From positions 1,116,001-1,180,000 of the forward strand of contig CP154954.1 in assembly GCA_039621445.1 (NCBI GenBank): 64,000 nt of DNA, in the 5' to 3' direction. The translations under genes and the position numbers were made by a program. A model generated the notes under the pieces. The model did no database searches, was not told where the DNA came from, and saw nothing but the letters and a program-made list of their open reading frames with translations. This document shows, piece by piece, positions 14,321 through 25,020 of the stretch (position 1 is the stretch's first letter; each line of letters opens with the position of its first letter). This DNA comes from Euglena gracilis. Its lineage: Eukaryota.

Positions 14321-14330
14321 AAACTTTAAA
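9327..14330. other. corrupted poly-A/purine low-complexity tract, probably a badly called psbD intron region
   Basis: Long A runs with G-rich patches and no periodicity; contains a recognisable psbD exon remnant and lies downstream of psbD exon 1. Confidence 0.8.
11493..11565 (-). CDS. psbD: photosystem II D2 internal exon remnant (error-laden)
   Basis: Translates LIGFMLLQF*IAKAVQIRPYIAIA versus D2 consensus LIGFMLRQFEIAR.V..RPYNAIAF; followed by a GTGTG 5' splice site. Confidence 0.8.
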
Positions 14331-15313
14331 AAAAAATCATAAACAAAAAAAAATAAAAAAACAAAAAAAAATTGTAAAAAAAATATTTAATTTTTAACAT
14401 ACTTGTAATAAAAGTAAAATTTCTAAATTGAAAATAAAAAATTACAAAACATTACATTGAAATCTTTCAAAAAGAATTAATTATTAAACTATCCCCAAAA
14501 TTAAAAAATAATTGCTTCGTTTTTTTAAAGTTTTTCAAGTTATAAAAATAGTTACTCTATCAAGGTTTAAAAATTCAAAACTTTAAAAATTTATTTTAAA
14601 ACAAAAACTCCTGATATTAAAAAATTACCTTCAAATATGTCATGATAGATTTAATAATAAATTGAAAACTATTCTAATAAATAATATTACCTTAACAATC
14701 TTATAAAATTCTAAAATTTAACTTGCATCAAAAAAAAAAACAATATTAAATCAAAAAAAACTTGGACTTAAAACCGTATATTTTAGTTAAATATTTGAAC
14801 ATATTTTAATAAATAAAAATTTCCTAAAATTCAATAATTTAAACTAATGATTAACAATTATTAAAAATATTTTATAATTTTCACTAGTAAATCAATAAAC
14901 GAATCGCACATATTAATCATATCATCTGACTAAAAACCAAAAATCATAAAATAAAAAGTAAAAAAAATTAAACCCCTGTTTATTTTACTATTCTAGAAAC
15001 TAATTGTAATAAACATAATTAATGTATTAATAGTCTTATTTATTAAGTTTTAATTTCATTGCTAACCAAACAAACATTGTACGTAATAATTTAACAAGAA
15101 AAAATGATAAACAGTCTAAAATTTTCCTTAAGAAGTATGAAACAACTTTTAATAAAATAACAATTATTAAACACCTCATTAATGATAAACATAACGAAAA
15201 TAAAAAATTTTTTTGTAACAATAAATTATAAATTTATAAAAAATAATTAATTAAGTAATAATAGTAAAATTATATAATAAATTTTCAACTTTAAGGAAAA
15301 TCTTTTAGCACAC
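14330..15313 (-). other. psbD intron 1 (euglenid group II-type; 3' end lost in corrupted sequence)
   Basis: Starts GTGTGC immediately after the Pro81 codon; U-rich on the sense strand; left boundary not determined. Confidence 0.75.
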
Positions 15314-15556
15314 AGGTGTTGAAACTGCTGCTGTCAAAGCATTGCAACCTTCAAGGAAAGAGCTAGCTAATCCATGTGTATACCATGAAGTAACAAATGT
15401 AATTCCCGTTAACCATCCACCTAAAGCAAGATATGAACAAGGAAATAACAGCAATCCAGACCAACCAATAAAAATAAATCTGTCTTTTTTCAACCAATCG
15501 TCTGCTACGTCGAACCAACCGTTTTTATTTTCAGTATTTAAATCTGTAAAAGTCAT
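15314..15556 (-). CDS. psbD: photosystem II D2 protein, exon 1 (81 codons)
   Basis: MTFTDL...[27 protein letters not shown]...[24 protein letters not shown] is the D2 N-terminus. Confidence 0.97.
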
Positions 15557-15694
15557 AAATAATATTTTGTAATATAAAATAAGTAATCTCTAATATTAAC
15601 TAAAGAGCTAATTTTAGGTATTAAGATCCCCTATTTATATACTAAAAAAGGGAACACAAGCAAAAAATATTGCATAACAATCTATCAATTTACT

Positions 15695-17072
15695 ATGAAT
15701 AAAAAAACTAACGAAAGGCCTGTATTTCCTTTTACTTCTATTGTTGGACAAGAAGAGATGTGTGGCTAAACACATTGCACATTCAAATAAAAAACTTAAT
15801 AAAATAATATTATAAATTTAAAAAATAATAATTATTATTATTAAAAATAATTACTACCCTCTAAACTACAATTAATAAATAAAAAATAAAACAAATTGGC
15901 AAATAAAATACTGAATTTTCAACACAACTAAAAAAATTTTGTAAATTATTAAAATTTATTGTAGCTAATTGGAAGCAGTTTGGAAAACTATAGAAAATCC
16001 AAAAGAACATAAAATAACAATTTATAAATAAAAAACAAAGCTAAAAGGATAAACCACGTATAGTTTGAAAACAAATAAAATTTAGTTTTATGAAATTATC
16101 ATTAATCTTAAATGTAATAGATCCAAAAATAGGAGGTGTTATGATAATGGGTGATAGAGGAACAGGAAAGTCAACAATAGTTAGAGCGCTTGTTGACTTA
16201 CTACCACCTATTGATGTAATAGAAAACGACCCATATAATTCTGATCCATATGATACAGAATTAATGTCAGATGACGTTCTAGAAAAAATAAAAAAAACGA
16301 AAAAGTATCGATAATTCAAGTTAAAACACCTATGGTTGATTTACCATTAGGTGCAACTGAAGATCGTGTTTGTGGAACAATAGATATAGAAAAAGCAATA
16401 TCCGAAGGAAAAAAAGCATTCGAACCTGGTCTACTAGCACAAGCAAATAGAGGAATATTGTACGTTGATGAAGTTAACTTATTAGATGACCATTTAGTTG
16501 ACGTTTTATTAGATTCCGCTGCTTCAGGATGGAACACGGTAGAAAGAGAAGGAGTTTCGATTTGCCATCCTGCAAGATTTATACTAGTAGGATCAGGAAA
16601 TCCTGAAGAAGGAGAACTTAGACCACAATTACTAGATAGATTCGGAATGCATGCACAAATTAAAACACTAAAGGAACCAGCGCTTCGTGTAAAAATAGTA
16701 CAACAACGAGAACTATTTGAAAAAAGCCCTAAAGAGTTCAAAGAAAAATATAAGGAAGAACAAAATAAACTAATGGAAAAAATTATAAATGCAAGAAAAA
16801 AATTAAAAAACATAATAATAAAATACGAACTTTTAGAAAAAATATCACAAATCTGTTCTGAACTAAATGTTGATGGACTAAGAGGAGATATGGTAACAAG
16901 TCGTGCAGCAAAAGCATTAGTAGCATTTGAAGATCGCACAGAAGTAACACCTAAAGACATTTTCACTGTAATTACGCTTTGTTTACGACATCGATTACGT
17001 AAAGACCCTTTAGAATCAATAGATTCGGGATATAAAGTGCAAGAAACCTTTAAAAAAGTGTTCAATTACTAA
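15695..17072 (+). CDS. chlI: magnesium chelatase subunit I; exon 1 15695-15759, exon 2 16092-17072; apparent 1-nt frameshift in the A run at ~16290-16298
   Basis: [50 protein letters not shown]...[16 protein letters not shown]...[16 protein letters not shown]. Confidence 0.96.
15760..16091 (+). other. chlI intron, 332 nt
   Basis: 5' GTGTGG and 3' TTTAGTTTTAT; removal restores the GAG AT|G AAA frame (E-M-K). Confidence 0.9.
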
Positions 17073-17153
17073 AAAATAGCTAAAACAAGAAAACTAATTT
17101 ACATTTTCTGAGAAGTATTTCAGAAAATACATTAAAAATGTTAAAAATATTCT

Positions 17154-17232
17154 TCCTTCGTGGTGAAATGGTAAACACGTGTGATTCAAAATCACATGCA
17201 TAAGCTTGCCGGTTCGAGTCCGGTCGAAGGTA
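17154..17232 (+). tRNA. trnL: tRNA-Leu(CAA)
   Basis: CCTTCG/CGAAGG acceptor, TGGTGAAATGGTAAACAC D arm, TGTGA-TTCAAAA-TCACA anticodon arm, GCCGGTTCGAGTCCGGT T arm. Confidence 0.93.
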
Positions 17233-17345
17233 AAACTCTCGAAATAAAAAACGTTAATAAAAAAGTTGCAATATATATCTAGATTAAAATCAACGTCTTT
17301 TATTTTGAAAAATGTTAAATTTATAACAAAATTTGAATAATGGAA

Positions 17346-17386
17346 AGTACCCAAAACGTGATGTCGTAGATTGAAATCTTACAAAA
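17346..17386 (+). pseudogene. highly degenerate tRNA-Trp fragment
   Basis: AGTACCCAAAACGTGATGTCGTAGATTGAAATCTTACAAAA matches pseudo-trnW at 31/41 ungapped positions by manual alignment. Confidence 0.6.
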
Positions 17387-18839
17387 CAATAGTTGATATT
17401 GATTTTTTGTTTTTTACATAATTATGTAAAAATTTTATTATTAGTTAAAATAATAATATAGACTTTGAAAAATTATGAAACTAAAAAGAAAAAGTAAAAT
17501 GTGAACTAGATTTACTTCTTAAAGACAAACTTATAGGTTTAAGCAAAAAACATTAGAAAAGCTAATTTTGAATTTTAAATTACTATTTATGGATAAAAGG
17601 AAATTAAATTAATTCAAAATTTTGATTTTTAAAATGAATCTAATTTCAAATCATAAATTCTCTTGCAAAGTAATAATTTTAATGACTTGGATTACTTTTG
17701 AAACGAACATGATTCACATTGTTTTCAAAATTTTTATTGTTTACTATATTGATGAGTATTGATGAGTTAACAAGATAAAACTATCTGGGTGTATAAAAAT
17801 ATCATAGAATAATAATTGAATAAAAATAAAATATTCTAAAACATATAATTTTCTGGAATTTACAAACTTTATTACAAAAAAGTGTACAACAGAATTATAT
17901 ATATACAAAAATTTATTTTTAAAAATATATAAATTATAACACTTTTAAAATTTTAATAGCTTCTTGAAAAATTTTAGTGACAGTAAAAATTATAAAAAAC
18001 GCGTTTAATACATAATAACTACTATAAAGTATTTATATAGATTATTTTAAATCTTAAATAATCTATTATTATTACCTATTTTTGAAATAATATTAGTATA
18101 AATATACATATTTAGTAATAAACTATTATCACAAATAGTGTAATCATTGTCATTTTCGTAAAATTTTAATTTCCAGCAACAAGCAAAATTTTGTTTAACA
18201 AAGCTTTTTGCCGATTAAACTAATACAAATAATTTACCCACATTTTTGATATAAAGAAGTATTACAAGAAGTACAGATGAATAAATCAAAAGTAGTTACA
18301 AAATATTATTAATATTTAATACCTTACAATTAATTTTTAGTATTGTATTTATTCATAAAAAATGAGATCGAACTTTTAGAGTACAATCATTTAGTCTACC
18401 ATAATTATATATTAAGTAACTTGAATATGACGTTTCAGAAGAATAATAGCATAAGTGATTACAGGAATAATAATAATAAGTAAGATAATCTATCATCACG
18501 AATAATAATCTAACATTGAATAAGAACAAGAATAATAGAAATTGAGAAAAACTCTATATATATATCTAGACATTTCTGTTTGTTTCTAAGTAAAATCCTA
18601 CGAAACATACAATTTTATATTACATTAAATATGTAACTCATGTAAAAATATTGTTAGCTCTAAACATCTTCTATTTTTTCATTATATCATTTTTCTGAAA
18701 AACCTATCTCTGATAATGAACTGTAATAATTAACTAACACTTATAAACTTTGTTTATCTTGAAATCTTAAACCTTAAAATATTATCTTGGAAAGTAAACA
18801 TCTTTTATCTGGCAGAAATAACCAACCAGTTCTTCCATC

Positions 18840-19050
18840 CGGACTTGACGTATGGATGGATTATGGATGGATACAACCTGATTGAGCAATAGAATCGAAT
18901 CTAAGCATTTCCTCGGCAATGGGTTCACTTCCTTTTTACCCTTTAAGAAATTACGTATGCATTAGCCACACACATAGCTAAATAGAAAGCAGTTTGTGTG
19001 GTTCTTTGGATTACAATAAACGTTACGGAATTTAACCATAAAGTACTTAA
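18840..19050 (-). pseudogene. diverged pseudogene paralog of the ORF381 C-terminal region
   Basis: LSTLWLNSVTFIVIQRTTQTAFYLAMCVANAYVIS*RVKR/EPIAEEMLRFDSIAQSGCIHP versus ORF381 LSTLWLTPRTFIVMKRIVQTGFYLSMCVANAYAIAETVKRGQPVSNDMLQFNPTLQTGFVYP; also at 42752-42962(+) and ~45409-45618(-). Confidence 0.85.
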
Positions 19051-19088
19051 TAATTAATAAATCAGGGTTAATAATCAATAAAAAACCA

Positions 19089-19191
19089 TAAGGCGTAGGT
19101 CTCCAAAACCTGATGTAGTAGGTTCGAATCCTACAAAGCGCGCTTTTAGTGTACACATTATAGTAAATGTGCCCCTTGCTTGGTCACCAAG
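19089..19191 (+). repeat. 103-bp direct repeat (pseudo-trnW 3' half plus rRNA leader), left copy
   Basis: Identical to 26016-26118, but followed by the VNTR rather than 16S. Confidence 0.92.
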
Positions 19192-19227
19192 GGGACTGAT
19201 GTAGAAAATATTCAGTAAAGACCATTT

Positions 19228-20080
19228 AAGTACATTGGTATATATAGTATATATAATATATAAGTACATTAATATATATAAGTACATTGGTATATAGTAT
19301 ATATAATATATATAAGTACATTAATATATAAGTACATTGGTATATATAGTATATATATATATAAGTACATTAATATATATAAGTACATTGGTATATATAG
19401 TATATATAATATATATAAGTACATTAATATATATAAGTACATTGGTATATATAGTCTATATAATATATATAAGTACATTTATATATAAGTACATTGGTAT
19501 ATATAGTATATATAATATATATAAGTACATTAATATATATAAGTACATTGGTATATATTATATATAATATATATAAGTACATTAATATATATAAGTACAT
19601 TGGTATATAGTATATATAATATATATAAGTACATTAATATATATAAGTCATTGGTATATATAGTATATATATATATACTGTACATTAATATATATAAGTA
19701 CATTGGTATATATAGTATATATAATATATATATACATTAATATATATAAGTACATTGGTATATATCGTATATATATATATATAGTACATTATATAGTACA
19801 TTGGTATATATAGTATATATAATATATATAAGTTAATATATAAGTACATTGGTATATATAGTATATATATATATATAGTACCCTAATATATATACGTCCC
19901 TTGGTATATATAGTATATATAATATATAAGTACTTAATATATAAGTACATTGGTATATATAGTATCTATACTCTCTGTACATTAATATATATCTAAGTAC
20001 ATTGGTATATATAGTATATATAATATATATACATTAATATATATGTACATTGGTATATATATATGTATTGGTATATATAC
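19228..20080 (+). repeat. 54-nt VNTR, roughly 16 units (noisy)
   Basis: Unit AAGTACATTGGTATATATAGTATATATAATATATATAAGTACATTAATATATAT; matches my recollection of the E. gracilis plastid 54-nt VNTR near the replication origin. Confidence 0.93.
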
Positions 20081-20310
20081 ATGTTAACCCTTGATTATTG
20101 TGTTTTTTATAAATTTACTTCGTTAATTTTTTGCATTTAACCTACAATTTAATTAAAATATAGTTATTGATATATATTCAATGATCTATTTTTTTTTTGT
20201 ATTTTTTTTAGTTTGATTAAGAATTATTATTTTTTTATTTTTTATGACACATTCATAGAAATAGGTAAAGAAAATTAAAAAAAAAAAAAACGATTTCTTA
20301 TATTCATTTT

Positions 20311-21454
20311 ATGATTTTTACGATGTATTTCTTTAGAAATTTTGTTTTTTTACACTCTTTTATGAACTATATAATTAAAGTAAAATCTATTTTAATTAAT
20401 CGATATTCGTTGGCTACCTGCAATGCAATTTTATTGTATTTTTTTCAAACAAATTATTATAAAATTTATTTGTTAGTTAATACTAGTTTATCTTTTTACA
20501 ATTTAATTTTTTTCCTTAGGAATTTTCTAAGGATAGTAAAAAAAAAAACGATCCAAAAGTTTTTCTTTTGGCTTTATTGATAATTTCGAAAAATTATATC
20601 CAATATGCGCTTTACTGTAATTTTTTGTTTCAAGTTGGTAACAGAACATTAAAAGTAATCAAGTCCGTTGAAATTTCTAAAAATGAAATTTTGAAAAACG
20701 ACCCTTCGTTGAAGGCTTTGGAGTTTTGGAAAAAAATTAAAATATTTTATAGTAAGAATTTTATTTCCAAAATTGCCGTAATTATGGTAATTAGTTTTTC
20801 TGGTTATTGCGCATTTAATTTTGCATTTAAATTTTTTGGTGTACTTAAAGAATCTTCAAAAATCTTGGCTTCTTTTTTCTCTTTTAATCATGATCAAAAA
20901 ATGATAATTCTGAAGACAATCGTTCCGAAGATGATTTAAAGTCAAGTCAAGACCCAGTAAATATTCCTTCTATCGAACAAAGTTTCAAAGTTGAAGATTT
21001 TTCAATTTTCAATCCTGATTTTTGGTCAACTGATTTTGATAAAATTTTATTGGAAGAGGGTTATGACCTAGAGGGTTCATTAAGCACTTTATGGTTAACT
21101 CCAAGAACATTTATTGTGATGAAAAGGATCGTGCAAACTGGTTTCTATTTAAGTATGTGTGTAGCTAATGCATATGCAATTGCTGAAACCGTAAAAAGAG
21201 GTCAGCCGGTTAGCAATGATATGTTACAATTTAATCCGACTTTGCAAACAGGATTTGTCTACCCATACGGGCAGTCAATGTCAGCACCCGGTCAAATACC
21301 TGGGGGGAATTTGGGCCGAACGTTTGTTCCTGAAGAAAAAATGTTTACTTCACAAGATCTAGCAGTTTCATCCAACTGTAATGTGGGGGATGGATTTGTT
21401 GAGGTTATAGAAATCCCATTTAATTATTATAAGGATGCATTACCCCCCGAGTAA
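20311..21454 (+). CDS. orphan ORF381, split here by homopolymer frameshifts
   Basis: Intact as 381 aa in the inverted copy 40383-41528; breaks here fall in A runs. Confidence 0.6.
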
Positions 21455-21463
21455 TATTCCTTT

Positions 21464-22378
21464 CTATTTTCGATTTCAAAGAAAAATATCAATATATTAA
21501 ATTTTTTATGTATTAAATAACTTGATACATAATTATTAGTAGTCACTACGTTTTTTATACGTAATATTATTTCTTTAACACATGGTTTTTTATATAAAAA
21601 TAGGTCAATTTTTTTTATTATTTTTTTTAGAAAAAAAAAAATGCTTTGTAGACTATGTGGTAACTACATTTCAGTATCGTAATTAGTACGACAGCTCGAA
21701 TTTGGGTTTTGCAATTTTTTTTTTCATTTTTTTTTTTTTTTTTGCAAATAGGGGGGGTTGTTCTAAAATTCGGTGATTTTATTTATGGGAGATTTTTATG
21801 CATTCAATAGTGCCGGGTAAAAATTGGCATGTTTTTATTAAGACAGGATTCGGTAGTTTTGAGGATTTTAACTTATTATTCATCAAAAAAAGCAATTTCT
21901 TACATTTTATTTATGATTTTTAGGATGTATTTATTCAGAAAATTTATTTTTTTCTTTAAGCAAAACTGTGTTATTTTTTTTGCTTATATATTTTTCCTTG
22001 ATTCCAGAGTTCTTGCAATTTACTTCGGGATTTTTTAAAATTTAACCTACAACGAAATTGTAGTTAAGATATATTTTAATGATCTATTTTTTTATATTTT
22101 TTAAAAAGTTGTTATTTGTTATTATTTTTTTTTTTCAATTAAGATTTTTATATTTTTCACACTCATTTTTTTTAAAAAAAATTATTATTATAGAAAAAAA
22201 AAATCCTTAATTGGTAACGTTGTGATTATGTTACTTCATCGTAGTGGGTCGCAAGTTCGAATTGAAGGTTTGCAATTTTTTTTTTCATTTTTTTTTTTTT
22301 TTTTTATAATGGAGATATGGGAGTTTGAGGTTTTCAAAAAATGATTTATTTTTTTATTTATGGGAGATTTTATTATGT
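21464..22378 (+). repeat. ~0.9 kb direct repeat, copy 1
   Basis: Near-identical to 22735-23643; both end in ATGGGAGATTTTATTATGT, the starts of ORF115 and ORF351. Confidence 0.93.
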
Positions 22379-22707
22379 TTTATTTTATGTGCTCAATGGT
22401 TCCCGAAAGGGATTATCAAAAATTAATGGAAGATAAAAAGGAATTAGAAAGAAATGATTATCCTATTTTTAATGAAAAAAAACCTAATGATCAACTTTTT
22501 AGTTGGGAAGATGTTGTTCTGAGAAACGAAATTGCTGAAAAACGTCGCAGAAAACAGTATGGCGAATCATATGAATATGATTCTAAGCAAAGAGAAAAGC
22601 AATTTTATGAGTTTATTGAAAAATTTCTTGAGGAAAAAGGAGTTGAGTTACCGCGTAACTTATACACAGATAATACTATTATAGAAATGCAAAAAACGGA
22701 GGAGTAA
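22360..22707 (+). CDS. orphan ORF115, partial paralog of ORF351
   Basis: Open in all three block copies; shares MGDFIM..SMVP and EDKKELERND..NDQ with ORF351 (EEKKELEIND..NDQ). Confidence 0.55.
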   Translation: MGDFIMFYFMCSMVPERDYQKLMEDKKELERNDYPIFNEKKPNDQLFSWEDVVLRNEIAEKRRRKQYGESYEYDSKQREKQFYEFIEKFLEEKGVELPRNLYTDNTIIEMQKTEE

Positions 22708-22734
22708 AAAAATTACCTCTGATGTCAATACATA

Positions 22735-23643
22735 CTATTTTCGATTTCAAAGAAAAATATCAATATATTAAATTTTTTATGTATTAAATAACTTGATACA
22801 TAATTATTAGTAGTCACTACGTTTTTTATACGTAATATTATTTCCTTAACACATGGTTTTTTATATAAAAATAGGTCAATTTTTTTTATTTTTTTAAAAA
22901 AAAAAAAATGCTTTGTAGACTATGTGGTAACTACATTTCAGTATCGTAATTAGTACGACAGCTCGAATTTGGGTTTTGCAATTTTTTTTTTCATTTTTTT
23001 TTTTTTTTTGCAAATAGGGGGGGGTTGTTCTAAAATTCGGTGATTTTATTTATGGGAGATTTTTATGCATTCAATAGTGCCGGGTAAAAATTGGCATGTT
23101 TTTATTAAGACAGGATTCGGTAGTTTTGAGGATTTTAACTTATTATTCATCAAAAAAAGCAATTTCTTACATTTTATTTATGATTTTTAGGATGTATTTA
23201 TTCAGAAAATTTATTTTTTTCTTTAAGCAAAACTGTGTTATTTTTTTTGCTTATATATTTTTCCTTGATTCCAGAGTTCTTGCAATTTACTTCGGGATTT
23301 TTTAAAATTTAACCTACAACGAAATTGTAGTTAAGATATATTTTAATGATCTATTTTTTTATATTTTTTAAAAAGTTGTTATTTGTTATTATTTTTTTTT
23401 TCAATTAAGATTTTTATATTTTTCACACTCATTTTTTTTTAAAAAAATTATTATTATAGAAAAAAAATCCTTAATTGGTAACGTTGTGATTATGTTACTT
23501 CATCGTAGTGGGTCGCAAGTTCGAATTGAAGGTTTGCAAATTTTTTTTTTCATTTTTTTTTTTTTTTTGCATAATGGAGATATGGAAGTTTGAGGTTTTC
23601 AAAAAATGATTTATTTTTTTATTTATGGGAGATTTTATTATGT
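22735..23643 (+). repeat. ~0.9 kb direct repeat, copy 2
   Basis: Near-identical to 21464-22378. Confidence 0.93.
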
Positions 23644-24680
23644 ATTCAATGGTTCCAGGAAAAAACTGGCATGTTTTTATTAAAACAGGGTTCGGTAGTT
23701 TTGAGGATTTTAACTTATTATTCATCAAAAAGTGGAAAGAGTTAATTAATTATAACTCTATTTCTTTTATTATTTATGGTTTTGATTTGTCTGAAAATAA
23801 TTTAAACAACTTTTGTGAAGTGACTATAGAGGTCTATATAGAATTTAATAAAAATTACCGAAGGCATGGTCTTAAAAAATTATTTTCTTTTGAAAAAAAT
23901 TCTGTTATTGTAGAAAAGGGATCGAGTAGTAAAACTTCACTTGATAATTTTTTTTCTAAAACAGGGAATAAAAACATTGAAGTTTGTTGGTCAGGTGTTC
24001 CAAGGTTTGAAAATGGTTTAAAAAATTCTTTAAGTTTTGATTTTGTTATTAAAAATAATTTATTAAGTCGTGCGCGAAAAGATCATTGTTTTCCTTCGTT
24101 TTTTTCTAAATTGATTTCCAATTCCTCAGAAAATTATTTAAAAGTGAAAGAAAAAATAACAGAAGAGAAAAAGGAATTAGAAATAAATGATTCTAATAAT
24201 TTTTTACACGATCATTTTAATGTTTTGAAAGCTAATGATCAATTTTTAAACATCATTGAAAAATATATAATAGAGTACAAAAATTTGTTTTTTTTAACGA
24301 GTAAAAACGATGCAATAAAACTTCGTTCTATGTTGTTGAAGTATATATCTGAAGTCGCAGTATTAGAAAATAGTATCTCAAATTCTAATATTTCTAATAT
24401 TTTTTTATTTAAGCAAGCTTCTAAGTTTTATAAACATAATTCTTTAAAAAACGATAATTATAAAAACTGGGATTTTAACTGGATTTTTGTGGAAATGCTT
24501 CTTATTTTTTTTCTAGAAAAAGCAAAAAATAAAAAAATTGATAAATTTGAATTATATACTTTAGTGAACAAAGAAATTTATGGTGAAGAACAGTTAGATA
24601 TAATGGTTAAAAACTTTAGAAAAAGAGCTTGTGAAAATGTCGATTTACGGCAGATTCGGTCTTCATTGCCTTGTTTTTGA
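23625..24680 (+). CDS. ORF351 hypothetical protein; N-terminus resembles an inactivated circovirus-like Rep endonuclease domain
   Basis: 1056-nt ORF in very AT-rich DNA, intact in two copies; motif resemblance by eye only. Confidence 0.7.
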   Translation: MGDFIMYSMVPGKNWHVFIKTGFGSFEDFNLLFIKKWKELINYNSISFIIYGFDLSENNLNNFCEVTIEVYIEFNKNYRRHGLKKLFSFEKNSVIVEKGSSSKTSLDNFFSKTGNKNIEVCWSGVPRFENGLKNSLSFDFVIKNNLLSRARKDHCFPSFFSKLISNSSENYLKVKEKITEEKKELEINDSNNFLHDHFNVLKANDQFLNIIEKYIIEYKNLFFLTSKNDAIKLRSMLLKYISEVAVLENSISNSNISNIFLFKQASKFYKHNSLKNDNYKNWDFNWIFVEMLLIFFLEKAKNKKIDKFELYTLVNKEIYGEEQLDIMVKNFRKRACENVDLRQIRSSLPCF

Positions 24681-25020
24681 TTTTTATATAGGGAGAAAAG
24701 TATGACAAAAAAAGAAGAAAAAAATTTAAATAATACAAAAATCAATTTAACAGTAAAAAAAATTTATAAAAAATATTGTTCTTATAAAGCACAATATGAT
24801 GAAAAAAACCTGGACCAAAAATTTAGTTGAAAGCTTTTTTTTTTTATCATTGAAAATGGGCATATTTTAAACGTAGTAGAAGTAGAATATTTTTCTTAAA
24901 GCGTGTCAAAAAAATCGATTAATTAAAATATAGTGTCATGGAAAATGTGATTATTCTATCACTTATTTAAATATGCTTTTTTATCAATGTCAATTTGTAG
25001 AATAATTGGCGTTTTTTTTG

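Noticed and set aside
16280-16335. chlI frameshift as pseudogenisation or programmed frameshifting
   Set aside because: It lies in an A homopolymer in a contig with many such slips, and the protein is otherwise intact
16316-17065. 249-aa minus-strand ORF
   Set aside because: Antisense shadow of chlI
19228-20080. VNTR as a CRISPR array
   Set aside because: There are no unique spacers and no cas genes; it is a simple tandem repeat
21561-21569. Geminivirus nonanucleotide TAATATTAC on the minus strand (also 22832-22840)
   Set aside because: It is not enclosed by a stem, and such an AT-rich 9-mer is expected by chance in DNA of this composition
22235-22275. GGTCGCAAGTTCGAAT as a tRNA T arm
   Set aside because: No closing T stem, acceptor stem or anticodon arm could be built
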